Positions 1 to 9,349 of a stretch of 64,000 nucleotides of DNA are shown here, piece by piece. The number at the start of each line of letters is the position of its first letter. The stretch's first letter is position 1. The DNA lies in assembly GCF_026250525.1 (NCBI RefSeq), contig NZ_CP111043.1, forward strand, positions 1,289,421 to 1,353,420, written 5' to 3'. The notes under the pieces are model-generated. The model was not told the origin of the DNA, did not search any database, and saw only the letters and a list, made by a program, of their open reading frames with translations. The DNA comes from Chondrinema litorale (lineage in GTDB: Bacteria; Bacteroidota; Bacteroidia; Cytophagales; Flammeovirgaceae). Both the position numbers and the translations under genes were made by a program.

Positions 1-108
1 CCCAACTAGAAAATATTGCATAAAAAAAGCGGGATGAGTTAGGGTTCATTCCGCTTTTTAGAAATCTTAATTATAGTACTTTTGCCTTGATGCAAAAGTA
101 CCAAAAAC

Positions 109-237
109 TCAAGACTGTGGACAAATTCGCTAAATTTTCTCCATGATCACTAAAAAATCTGAAACTCACTTCGTTCAAACACCAGATTTTTTTTACGTAA
201 TCATTTCAAAAATTCTTGACGCAATTTGACCAAGGTC
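109..237. repeat. Copy A of a ~130-nt repeated element (copy B at 13796..13938)
   Basis: Near-identical stretch TCAAGACTGTGGACAAATTCGCTAAATTTTCTCCATGATCACTAAAAAATCTGAAAC...TCACTTCGTTCAAACACCAGA...ACGTAATCATTTCAAAAATTCTTGACGCAATTTGACCAAGGTC, read directly in both places. The ends form an imperfect inverted repeat (TGGACAAATTCGC vs RC TGGTCAAATTGCG). Confidence 0.8.
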
Positions 238-298
238 GGTAAAATAATTATAATATTTTCTTAAATAAGAAATATTTTATCTAACCACCTCACGTAAA

Positions 299-1219
299 TC
301 ATTTACAAAAACTATATTCTGGAGGGCTAGCGGCAGCATTTTCTGTTGCATAAATAGTATGTGTTTGAAAGTGAATGCCATTTCTTACTTTTTCTAAAAA
401 CTCATAAACCGGTTCTTGTAACTGAAAAAAGTGTTTGCCGGCAATTTCGTGTTTACCTCCACAATAACTAATCAGATCAACATCTCCATTTAAATCTACA
501 TGTCTTTTGTAAACAGAATAAGAACCAAAAAGCATAAGCCAGCCAGAAGCATTAGTTTCGCAGTAGTGGTGAGCAGCAGTACCATAAGGCACTACCGGAT
601 CGCTATTGCCATGAAAAAACAAACTCGGTATTTGGCTTTCTTCGGTAATCAGGTTAATGTCCATCATAGCACCTGCACCAGAAATTAAACCTGCATATTT
701 AAAATTTTCTGGCAAAGGTTTATCGTACATTTTCATTGTATTATAATCCCAGTAGTTTGCATGGAGCACCGTTTCAGCCCCAGCACTACTACCCGCAATA
801 AATACGTCTTCCGGATTAATTTTATATTTCTCTGCATTATCTAAGAAAAAACCTGTAGCCAACCAAAGCTGGTTAGCTGCAATTTGTATCGCTTTTACTT
901 TCTCTGTGAGAATGCCCCCACAACTAAAGTTTTTGCCCTTCATATATAATGTATAAGTGATTGATGCCACTGCATAACCTTTAGGCGCTAAAAATTTACC
1001 TAAACTGTGGCCACCACCTCTGTTGCCACCAGAAAAACCACCACCATGCACAAAAATTACCAGTGGAATTTTTTCTGCTGTTGAATTTTCTGGGAGAAAT
1101 AAATCGAGTTCGAGTTTGGTGCTATCGTCTTGATAATAGGTAAGTGTTTCGAAAGACTGGGCTTGAGTAATAAGTACAAATAAGTGAATAATAAAACTGG
1201 TAAGAATAACTCTTTTCAT
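299..1219 (-). CDS. alpha/beta-hydrolase fold esterase/lipase (secreted)
   Basis: N-terminal signal peptide, HGGGF oxyanion motif (FVHGGGFSGG) and GxSxG (AGSSAGA), 306 aa. Confidence 0.7.
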   Translation of the reverse strand: MKRVILTSFIIHLFVLITQAQSFETLTYYQDDSTKLELDLFLPENSTAEKIPLVIFVHGGGFSGGNRGGGHSLGKFLAPKGYAVASITYTLYMKGKNFSCGGILTEKVKAIQIAANQLWLATGFFLDNAEKYKINPEDVFIAGSSAGAETVLHANYWDYNTMKMYDKPLPENFKYAGLISGAGAMMDINLITEESQIPSLFFHGNSDPVVPYGTAAHHYCETNASGWLMLFGSYSVYKRHVDLNGDVDLISYCGGKHEIAGKHFFQLQEPVYEFLEKVRNGIHFQTHTIYATENAAASPPEYSFCK

Positions 1220-1339
1220 ATTTATAGTTTCTAGCTAATAGTGAAATAGCAATTTAATGGCTAGAAGTCAAAATCGCACAATTTCTTCCCTCAAAGCAGT
1301 ACAGCGTATACCAGAAAAAGCTTTAAAAGCTTCAAAAAA

Positions 1340-1717
1340 TTAGTTGATACGCCAAGGCGGATTTTTTCTATTATCGCCACCATAAAAAAGAATAATCTGA
1401 TTTTTATCTGGATCTTTTAGCCTTGCCTCTCTCCATAACCATCTCTGGTCAGTTGGTAAGCTCTCAAATTCAATACCTTGGGCTTTTAGCTTGTCTACTG
1501 TCTCATCTAGGTTTTCGCATTCAAAATAAACATAAATGCCCTCGCCTTGTGGCAATTTTTCTACCTGATGAATAGAGAATGTAGCCTCACCATCCAGACA
1601 CTCAAATCGGGCGTAATGCGGGAGTGCTTCTACTATCAGTTTTAAACCCAGCTTCTCGTAAAAAGGCACAGAAACCGTTAAATCTAGCGATGGTACAGTA
1701 ATTTGGTTGAGGTTCAT
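1340..1717 (-). CDS. VOC/glyoxalase-bleomycin resistance family protein
   Basis: 125 aa. Sequence is typical of the glyoxalase-fold small proteins (LGLKLIVE..., paired beta-alpha-beta-beta-beta modules). Confidence 0.55.
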   Translation of the reverse strand: MNLNQITVPSLDLTVSVPFYEKLGLKLIVEALPHYARFECLDGEATFSIHQVEKLPQGEGIYVYFECENLDETVDKLKAQGIEFESLPTDQRWLWREARLKDPDKNQIILFYGGDNRKNPPWRIN

Positions 1718-1843
1718 ACTAATAAATTTTATACCTTAAAAGGGTAAAGTTATTAACCGACTTATAAAATTTTTACTATTAATTCTAAGTTTATTGATAA
1801 AAGACTAAAGCATCTATCTTTAAAATAAACAACAAAAATTAAA

Positions 1844-3322
1844 ATGGCATTCGGCGTTTCACCTAAACATATAGAAGAATTTAATTTAAAAGGATTACCA
1901 ATACATCACTTTTTGGTTCTCGCAACTGAAACAGCCAAGAACCTTGAATGGGATATTAGCCATATAAGTGAAAAAGGTTTTATAGCTTATACAAGTAATT
2001 CTCTTAGCTCTTGGGAAGAAGAAATCGCAATAAAGATAGAAGATGAAGCAATAAAGATTAAGAGCGAATGTACTGGTAATCAGTTTACAGATTGGGGCAG
2101 AAACAAAAAAAATATAGAAGATTTTTTTGCAGCTTTTGAAGAAATAGAATTAAACTTTACAGAAGAAGAATTTGAAGAAAGATACCTAGAACTAAGCCAA
2201 AACTTTGCAACAACAGAAGAAGATCTTCTTAGAGAATCTCCTTTGAGTAATAAAGAAAAGGTATCTGGTTTCATTTCCATTTTTAAACCCACCGAAGGTT
2301 ATTACGTCACGCCAATTTTAATAATCCTCAATGTATCAATTTTCATTCTGATGCTACTTGCAGGCGTTCACATATTAACGCCTGAAAGCCAAGATTTAAT
2401 TAACTGGGGAGCTAACTTTAAGCCATATACACTAGATGGAGGTTGGTTAAGATTACTTACCTCATGTTTTTTACATGCAGGTATACTTCACCTTTTATTA
2501 AATATGTATGCACTATTATATATAGGAGTCCTTTTAGAACCTCTATTGGGGAAAAGTAGGTTTTTATCTGCTTATCTCATTTCTGGTATTGCAGCAAGTT
2601 TGGCAAGTCTATGGTGGAATGATTTAACAGTAAGCGTAGGAGCATCAGGGGCAATTTTTGGCATGTATGGAGTTTTGCTCGCTTTATTATTAAATAATAT
2701 TATTGGCAGCGCCGTAAAAAAAGCCATGCTAACTAGTATTTCTTTTTTTATAGGCTACAACATCCTTTATGGAATAAGAACAGACAGTGGGATAGATAAT
2801 GCAGCTCACATTGGTGGACTCTTAAGCGGAGTAGTTATTGGATATGCTTTAATTCCAAGTCTAAAAAATTATAACAATACCTCTTATAAATATTCGACTA
2901 TTGGTGGATTGTCTGCCTTGCTACTAGGCATTTCATTTGTTATGTATAGTACTCTGCCCAACGACATTGGTAAATACAACAAAGAAATGCAAAGATTCGC
3001 TTCAATGGAAGCAATGGCTATTGAAGTACTTCAACTACCTCAAAATATAGCAAAAGAAGAAGCTTTAAAAGAAATAAAAGACAAAGGCATTTACTACTGG
3101 AACGAGAACCTCAAACTTATAAACAACCTCATAGAATTAGATTTGCCTGAAGTAATTCAAGAACGAAACAAGATTCTGAGAGAGTATTGTGAAATTAGAA
3201 TCAAGAGCTATCAATTAATTTATAAAGGCCTTGAAGAAGAAACAGATATTTATCAGAATGAAATTTTACAGTATAATGCTCAAATTGAAAATATCATAAA
3301 CAGTCTAAATAGCCCACAATAG
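1844..3322 (+). CDS. rhomboid family intramembrane serine protease with N-terminal soluble domain and C-terminal helical extension
   Basis: Multiple TM helices. Rhomboid catalytic GASGAIFG serine motif and downstream AHIGGLLSG histidine motif. Confidence 0.75.
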   Translation: MAFGVSPKHIEEFNLKGLPIHHFLVLATETAKNLEWDISHISEKGFIAYTSNSLSSWEEEIAIKIEDEAIKIKSECTGNQFTDWGRNKKNIEDFFAAFEEIELNFTEEEFEERYLELSQNFATTEEDLLRESPLSNKEKVSGFISIFKPTEGYYVTPILIILNVSIFILMLLAGVHILTPESQDLINWGANFKPYTLDGGWLRLLTSCFLHAGILHLLLNMYALLYIGVLLEPLLGKSRFLSAYLISGIAASLASLWWNDLTVSVGASGAIFGMYGVLLALLLNNIIGSAVKKAMLTSISFFIGYNILYGIRTDSGIDNAAHIGGLLSGVVIGYALIPSLKNYNNTSYKYSTIGGLSALLLGISFVMYSTLPNDIGKYNKEMQRFASMEAMAIEVLQLPQNIAKEEALKEIKDKGIYYWNENLKLINNLIELDLPEVIQERNKILREYCEIRIKSYQLIYKGLEEETDIYQNEILQYNAQIENIINSLNSPQ

Positions 3323-3791
3323 AATATCTGCATTCTTTCTAATCAAAACAAACTTACAATACTAAATATAAGATCATATGGATAATTTTATGATTGCATT
3401 TGTGGCAATGTTAGCCACTGTGTTTTTCTCTAGACTAATAAATGAAAAGGCAAATAAAAAGCTCGATCCGGATAAAAAACTTCTTCTAATCGACTTATTT
3501 TCAGATAGTAGAAGCTGGTCTAAGGTGCAATTTTCGCAATTGTAATACTCTTTTTTTTAAGCTTAAAATTTAAGCTCTTACCTAATGTTTGGATTAACAT
3601 CATCTATTTCACATCATTATTAATTTACTTCGTGATTATGACCAGACATACTCACAAAAAACTTAAGCGAAATGACTTCCCTGATGATTATATAAAGTCA
3701 TATATCTTTTCGATTTCTGTGCGACTAATTGGACTCGTTATCTTTGTTTCTCGAATCAATTTTTAAGTTGTTAATACTATCAACATAACCA

Positions 3792-4247
3792 ATGAAAACA
3801 CAAAAATTCGGACAAGATAGAATAAATGATGTTCGTAAGAGACTCTCAACTTTGAGTGATGAAGATTACGATTATGAGATTTTTGATTTCTTAAGTGACA
3901 AAGAAAATCTTGATGAAAAGTTGAGTGTACTACAATTGGAAATAATGGCTACCTACATACTTGAATATGAAGTTAACAATGGAGGTTTCGATCAGTTTTT
4001 TCTAAACAATGAAGATAAATATATTGATGCTGCTATAAATGGTTTGAAGAAAATTGAAGCTGTTGAATTTACTAGCCTTGCAGAAAAAGCTAAGGAAATA
4101 TATCTAAGTAATATTAATCAAGCTATAATTGGTAGAAACCATGAATTTGATGTATTAGATGATAGTTTTTACGATTTACCATCTTACCGTACTCAAAGAA
4201 TCGCATTCACTAAAAAGCATTTAGATGAAATTCTGATCGATAATTAG
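3792..4247 (+). CDS. hypothetical protein (DUF4375/DMP19-like NGGFDQF motif)
   Basis: ORF of 151 aa packed tightly with the two downstream ORFs. Family assignment is from memory of the motif only. Confidence 0.35.
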   Translation: MKTQKFGQDRINDVRKRLSTLSDEDYDYEIFDFLSDKENLDEKLSVLQLEIMATYILEYEVNNGGFDQFFLNNEDKYIDAAINGLKKIEAVEFTSLAEKAKEIYLSNINQAIIGRNHEFDVLDDSFYDLPSYRTQRIAFTKKHLDEILIDN

Positions 4248-4249
4248 AC

Positions 4250-5857
4250 TTGCCCTCCTCCCTATTCAAAACTAACTTAGCTGCTGCAAAATTAAAGACC
4301 TATACCAAAACCAGCAGCATGAATTACCAATCGATACTGGCACAAAATATTGAGCTAATCAAGCAAGCAGCTCCTGACCATAAATCGACCAAAGACAAAG
4401 TACATAGAGAATGGGCAAGCATTATCAGAAATGATATTTCTTTTATGGCTTTGACTTATCAATACTTGGTAGCCAATCTGGCAAACTTCGAAAAAAAATC
4501 TACCACTGAGCAAATAGACCTGTACAAGTACTTACTGGTTTTGGCGAGCTTCTCTCCACAATACAACCTGCTTTCTAAAATCGACCATATTCTCAGCCAA
4601 TACAATGAGCCGATTTGTAAGTCTATCGAGCGCTTATTAGATGTGGCTGATTTTCAGATTATTGAAAGCAACAAAATTATTCATACTGGAACACTTGGCG
4701 ATTTTATCTCATTAATCTTCGAGTTGTACTATACACACACTTCGAGTGAAAGTATTTGCAGGGAAAAAATAGCTCCATACATTCTACCTCTTTGTAAAAA
4801 CTTCAATACAAATAATACCTATCTGGCTCATTTACTTCCGTATCATCCAGAAGCTATTTACACGACAACTCAACTTTTACTGCTTTACATTGAGCAAAAA
4901 AATGACAGTATTTTGTTCCAAAGTATTTGCTACGATATGCTGGGAGAATATGCTAAAAGAGAAGATTTTATACATAAAAATGCTCCAAAAATCTTTACTG
5001 AGTTATTTAAGCTTAAACAAGATTGGTCGAGTGAAGACATCAGTTTTTTAATTGATAAAGGTATTTTAGCTGCTTTCGGAATCAACCTTGCCAGTAAAGA
5101 AGCGCAACTCGAAGCACTCACCGAAAGAATTGCAATTCTTAAAGCCAAAGAATTACATAAAGGAGTAAAACACTATAAAGAACAAAAGCAGAAAATTGAA
5201 GCAAACTACGAAGGCATCCAACAAAAAAAATGGAATGGTGCTGTTCGCTCCATTGCTGTAAAAAAGCCAATTACCAAAGCTTTAGAAGTAGCAATTAAAG
5301 CCTTTGCTCAACATCAACAAATAAGTGTTTTAAGTGCATTATTCAATGATAGCATCGAGTTTAAAAACAAGCCAAAACTCTATAGTTTCCATAAAAACCC
5401 AAAAGTTATTTTTAAAGATTTTGCATTTAAACTATGGGTGATAGAAGAGCTGATGTACAAGCAAGAATTACTCAAACCAAAGTTTGATGTGCGGGAGTTT
5501 GCCAAAGAATACGACAAAAGGCAAATAGACGTCGAGCACGATGGTTATAGCATTATTCCAGAGGTACAGAAGTATTTTAAGCAATTAGATATTCCTCTGG
5601 AGTTACTCAACCAAGTGAAAGAACTCGGCATAGATGATGGTATTTTTGGAGGTTCAGATGTATACAATCAGTTATGGCCTTACTACGATCCCGGTTGTGG
5701 TGATGAGCTTTTACCGATCTCCAACAAAGCAGTGGATGATCTTGCATTGTTACCCAATTTAAAAAAGATTATAGGCTTGGAACTATCCAACCCCGGAAAA
5801 AAACTGGTAAAAGTCCTTAAAGAAAAAGGTATTGAACTAGAAGAAGTTGATAAATAG
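4250..5857 (+). CDS. hypothetical protein, 535 aa (true start possibly the Met at 4319)
   Basis: Long ORF, 2 nt after the upstream gene. No recognisable motifs. Confidence 0.4.
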   Translation: MPSSLFKTNLAAAKLKTYTKTSSMNYQSILAQNIELIKQAAPDHKSTKDKVHREWASIIRNDISFMALTYQYLVANLANFEKKSTTEQIDLYKYLLVLASFSPQYNLLSKIDHILSQYNEPICKSIERLLDVADFQIIESNKIIHTGTLGDFISLIFELYYTHTSSESICREKIAPYILPLCKNFNTNNTYLAHLLPYHPEAIYTTTQLLLLYIEQKNDSILFQSICYDMLGEYAKREDFIHKNAPKIFTELFKLKQDWSSEDISFLIDKGILAAFGINLASKEAQLEALTERIAILKAKELHKGVKHYKEQKQKIEANYEGIQQKKWNGAVRSIAVKKPITKALEVAIKAFAQHQQISVLSALFNDSIEFKNKPKLYSFHKNPKVIFKDFAFKLWVIEELMYKQELLKPKFDVREFAKEYDKRQIDVEHDGYSIIPEVQKYFKQLDIPLELLNQVKELGIDDGIFGGSDVYNQLWPYYDPGCGDELLPISNKAVDDLALLPNLKKIIGLELSNPGKKLVKVLKEKGIELEEVDK

Positions 5858-5865
5858 AAATCAAA

Positions 5866-6195
5866 ATGAATAATCAACTCAAAGAAAGGCTTTTTAAGTT
5901 TTTACAAACCTGTGATAACTACAGAGGCAGAAAGATTATTATTAAAGAATTTATTACGACCAATAAAGATAATTACAACAGACATTTTACTACCTTTTCT
6001 GAATTGGAGTTTACGTTGCAAAGTTGTGGTGCGAGAATAAGTGGTGGAAGAGCCATGTTTTTAGGTGATAAATTGTCTTATGAAATCGCCATTGACATAA
6101 TTGTTGATTTAATAGAAATAGATGAGCTCAATTTTGAGTTGGTCGAAAAATATAGCGAATCGGTTTATAGAAAATCTGAACTCAGGTTTGAGTAA
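5866..6195 (+). CDS. hypothetical protein
   Basis: 109-aa ORF 8 nt after the previous gene, same strand, operon-like. Confidence 0.35.
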   Translation: MNNQLKERLFKFLQTCDNYRGRKIIIKEFITTNKDNYNRHFTTFSELEFTLQSCGARISGGRAMFLGDKLSYEIAIDIIVDLIEIDELNFELVEKYSESVYRKSELRFE

Positions 6196-6282
6196 ACATT
6201 AAAAAGCCTAAAAAACAGTAATTTCGAGACATAATAAACTTTACAAAATTCACTTCTGTTAATTATTACACACTTTCGCTAC

Positions 6283-6298
6283 ATTTGAATTTTGCAAA
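6283..6298. promoter_or_regulatory. 16-mer ATTTGAATTTTGCAAA, copy 1 (upstream of or overlapping the AraC start)
   Basis: Identical 16-mer recurs at 7258..7273 between the AraC gene and the SDR gene. Confidence 0.45.
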
Positions 6299-7250
6299 TC
6301 GTATCTCTCTGATGAAAAACATTAAAGTAACCTCACTCGAAGAATTTTACAAAGAAGCTGTCAACTTCACTGGTAAAGATTTAGAACAAATTCTACCTCC
6401 GGGAATCAATAAAGAAATTGGGCACTTTAATATATTCGACATTGCAGAAACCATACAATCTGTAAAGCAAAAGGCAGAGATGCCATACAACCGCAGAGCT
6501 TATTATAAAATCAGTTTGATCAGAGGGAAAAACAGGGCAGAATATGCCGATAAGGTAATGCAAGTGCAAAAAAACGCTTTGCTTTTTGCTACGCCCAAAG
6601 TACCTTACCACTGGGTTGCTGAAGATGAAAACCAAGCTGGCTGCTTTTGTGTATTCACAGAAGAGTTTATGATAAAGAATAAAAGTGGCGTGGTGCTAGA
6701 TGAGTTACCAATCTTTAAATCAGGCAGTTACCCCGTATTTGAGATTAGTAATGAGCTGGCAGAAGAGCTGAATCACATCTTCAAAAAAATAAAAAAAGAG
6801 ATAGCATCTGACTATGAATTTAAATATGATATGCTGCGAAATTATGTAGTAGAACTCATCCATTACGGACAAAAGCTACAGCCAGTTACCGCTGCTCATG
6901 CAAGCCAAAATGCTTCTTCGCGCATCTTATCACTGTTTATAGAATTGCTAGAAAGACAGTTTCCGATAGAATCTCCCGCACAAAAACTAAAACTAAGATC
7001 GGCAAAAGAGTATGCAGAGCGCCTTGCCATCCATGTAAACCATCTGAATAAAGTCTTAAAAGAAAGCACTGGCAAAACCACTACAGAGATTATTACCAGT
7101 AGAATAGTACAAGAAGCTAAAATACTTCTAAGGCAAACCGACTGGAATATCTCAGAGATTGCTTTTAGTCTGGGCTTCGAAGAAGTTGCCCATTTCTCTA
7201 ACTTCTTTAAAAAGCAGACTACTTTTACTCCTATAACATTCCGCGCATAA
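6285..7250 (+). CDS. AraC family transcriptional regulator (start may be 6312)
   Basis: C-terminal AraC-type double HTH (ISEIAFSLGFEEVAHFSNFFKKQTTFTP). N-terminal ligand-binding-like domain. Confidence 0.75.
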   Translation: MNFANRISLMKNIKVTSLEEFYKEAVNFTGKDLEQILPPGINKEIGHFNIFDIAETIQSVKQKAEMPYNRRAYYKISLIRGKNRAEYADKVMQVQKNALLFATPKVPYHWVAEDENQAGCFCVFTEEFMIKNKSGVVLDELPIFKSGSYPVFEISNELAEELNHIFKKIKKEIASDYEFKYDMLRNYVVELIHYGQKLQPVTAAHASQNASSRILSLFIELLERQFPIESPAQKLKLRSAKEYAERLAIHVNHLNKVLKESTGKTTTEIITSRIVQEAKILLRQTDWNISEIAFSLGFEEVAHFSNFFKKQTTFTPITFRA

Positions 7251-7257
7251 GCCACTT

Positions 7258-7273
7258 ATTTGAATTTTGCAAA
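7258..7273. promoter_or_regulatory. 16-mer ATTTGAATTTTGCAAA, copy 2 (upstream of the SDR gene)
   Basis: Exact repeat of 6283..6298. Confidence 0.45.
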
Positions 7274-7356
7274 GCATGGATTGATGTTCGCAAACAGCTA
7301 GGCTAATTTTAGCTCATCTTTGTTGTATCAAATTTTAAAACCAAACAAATTAAAAG

Positions 7357-8124
7357 ATGGCAACAACAGAAAATAAAATAGCTTTAGTAACTGGCGGCAG
7401 TCGTGGTTTAGGTAGAGATATGGCAATTAACCTTGCTAAAAAAGGAATTGACGTAGTGTTGACTTACAACAGCAACCAGCAAAAAGCAGAAGAAGTAGTA
7501 GCAGAAATTAAAGCTTTAAGGCAAAATGCAATTGCATTTCAATTGAACACTGGTGATGTAAAAGCTTTCGATGAGTTTATTAGTAATGTAACTACACACT
7601 TAAAAGAGAATACTGGCAGCCCTAATTTCGATTTCTTGATTAATAATGCGGGTACTGCGCTTTACGCACCTTTTGCAGAAACTACAGAAGAGCAATTAGA
7701 TAACATTGTGAATATCCACTACAAAGGTGTGTTTTTCTTAACACAAAAAGCTTTGCCTTATATGAATGAAGGTGGTAGAATAATCAATATATCTTCTGGT
7801 TTAGCAAGGTTCTCTTTACCGGGTTCATCAGCTTATGGAGCAATGAAAGGCGCTATTGAAGTACTTACCAGATACCTCGCCAAGGAATTAGGTTCACGCG
7901 GAATTGCTGCCAATGTAGTAGCTCCGGGAGCAATCGAAACAGATTTTGGAAACGGAAATATAAGAGATAATAAAGAAGCCAACGCCATGGTAGCTAACAT
8001 GACAGCACTTGGCCGTGCTGGTTTGCCAGAAGATATTGGTGGCGTAGTAGCATTCTTATGTAGCGAAGAAGCCCGCTGGATAAACGGACAAAGAATTGAA
8101 GTTTCTGGTGGAATGAATTTATAA
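7357..8124 (+). CDS. SDR family NAD(P)-dependent oxidoreductase
   Basis: TGGSRGLGR Rossmann motif, NNAG motif, catalytic YxxxK (YGAMK), 255 aa. Confidence 0.85.
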   Translation: MATTENKIALVTGGSRGLGRDMAINLAKKGIDVVLTYNSNQQKAEEVVAEIKALRQNAIAFQLNTGDVKAFDEFISNVTTHLKENTGSPNFDFLINNAGTALYAPFAETTEEQLDNIVNIHYKGVFFLTQKALPYMNEGGRIINISSGLARFSLPGSSAYGAMKGAIEVLTRYLAKELGSRGIAANVVAPGAIETDFGNGNIRDNKEANAMVANMTALGRAGLPEDIGGVVAFLCSEEARWINGQRIEVSGGMNL

Positions 8125-8150
8125 TTATCCACTCAACAAAGATTTACCAT

Positions 8151-8184
8151 AACGGTTTGGGCATTGCTCGAACCGTTTTTTTGT
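8151..8184 (+). terminator. rho-independent terminator after the SDR gene
   Basis: AACGGTT-TGGGCATTGCTCG-AACCGTT hairpin followed by TTTTTTTG. Confidence 0.65.
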
Positions 8185-8305
8185 TTTATTCGAACATGAA
8201 TAACAAACCACCCTACAGCCTTTCCCTAAAGAGAAGTTACATCAACAAACCAAAAGCTAAAAAGTTTATTAACATCTTCATTTTAACATTAAAAAGTGGT
8301 AACTT

Positions 8306-8539
8306 TTGATGAAATTAATTTACCGCTATTTTGACACTATTAACATGAAACATTTGAAGGAAAATATACTCTTAATTTTAACCTCAGGAATACTTTTTAT
8401 TGGATTACTTTTTCTATTTAACAAGTATGTTTTTGATAAAGAACTAACTACAATAGATATGGCATTTCAAGCTGCTTTTTATGCAATAATGTTCCCTATT
8501 GTATTATACTTCTTTACAGATAAGAAAGAAAATGCTTGA
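8306..8539 (+). CDS. small membrane protein
   Basis: 77 aa with two hydrophobic helices. Confidence 0.3.
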   Translation: MMKLIYRYFDTINMKHLKENILLILTSGILFIGLLFLFNKYVFDKELTTIDMAFQAAFYAIMFPIVLYFFTDKKENA

Positions 8540-8563
8540 TTGGTAGGAGCTTTCTACCTCTAG

Positions 8564-9319
8564 CTAATCAATTTGAAAGATTAATCCGCCACCAAGGTAA
8601 GCACCTTGCATATCGCCATTTATTTGAATAAAACCAGTTAATTTTCTTCTGGTATAGTATAAGCATTTGCCTAATACAAAAGTTTTGTCTCTACCTCCAT
8701 AGCTTTCCCAATAACCAATTGCACCATTTTTCAGCTTATATACAACTTCCCACGTCAAACTAAAATTAACATATAGCTTTCTTGGATTGAAATTTATCAC
8801 ATTAAAATCTTCTTTGCTATAGCTAGTTCCATACTTTTTATAAACATCTTTTCTAAAGTAATAATAGTCGCCACCTTCATACATCATACTAAACTTTCCA
8901 CCTATTATCCGCCAATCTACCCTGTTGAATGGAATATTTAAATTAAGCTCTCCTGTTACTCCTCCACCAAAAAAGTTTTTAGATCCACCATTAAACTCAC
9001 CAACCGCATTGGCATCATACACTCCACCATGCACAATTGCACTGTAAGCAGCATTTATATTTTTACCTGTATAACTCTTGATATACGATAACTCTCCCAA
9101 CTGTATACTGCTAAATTCAATAGGATTTACCTCCGTAGGTTCATCTTCTAAAGTATGGTAATAGCTACCTTGCAAATAAGTACCTTTTGCTCTTTCACCT
9201 CGATACACTGGCTTGGGTAATACACTAGACTCTGTCACAAAATTACCCGCTCCATAATAGTAAGTTCTAGTACAACTTACTAAAACTAATAGCATAAAAA
9301 ATGGTATAAGATATTTCAT
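8564..9319 (-). CDS. outer-membrane lipoprotein/beta-barrel-like hypothetical protein
   Basis: Signal peptide with lipobox-like LVSC. Gly/Tyr-rich beta-strand-like composition. Confidence 0.45.
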   Translation of the reverse strand: MKYLIPFFMLLVLVSCTRTYYYGAGNFVTESSVLPKPVYRGERAKGTYLQGSYYHTLEDEPTEVNPIEFSSIQLGELSYIKSYTGKNINAAYSAIVHGGVYDANAVGEFNGGSKNFFGGGVTGELNLNIPFNRVDWRIIGGKFSMMYEGGDYYYFRKDVYKKYGTSYSKEDFNVINFNPRKLYVNFSLTWEVVYKLKNGAIGYWESYGGRDKTFVLGKCLYYTRRKLTGFIQINGDMQGAYLGGGLIFQID

Positions 9320-9349
9320 AGCTGATAATTAAATATTCATCCTACTGCA

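Noticed and set aside
500-688. Short ORFs overlapping longer genes on the opposite strand (500-688, 2080-2292, 4930-5148, 6393-6635, 7833-8132, 9594-9896, 11742-12408, 16393-16788, 26160-26498, 28083-28470, 29182-30562 and others)
   Set aside because: They are embedded antisense in well-supported longer CDSs. They have no motifs and atypical composition, so they are treated as spurious.
6285-6311. The annotated start of the AraC gene at 6285
   Set aside because: This ATG lies inside the conserved 16-mer motif. The downstream ATG at 6312 (MKNIKV...) is a more plausible start. The feature is kept with the ORF-track coordinates and an explicit note.
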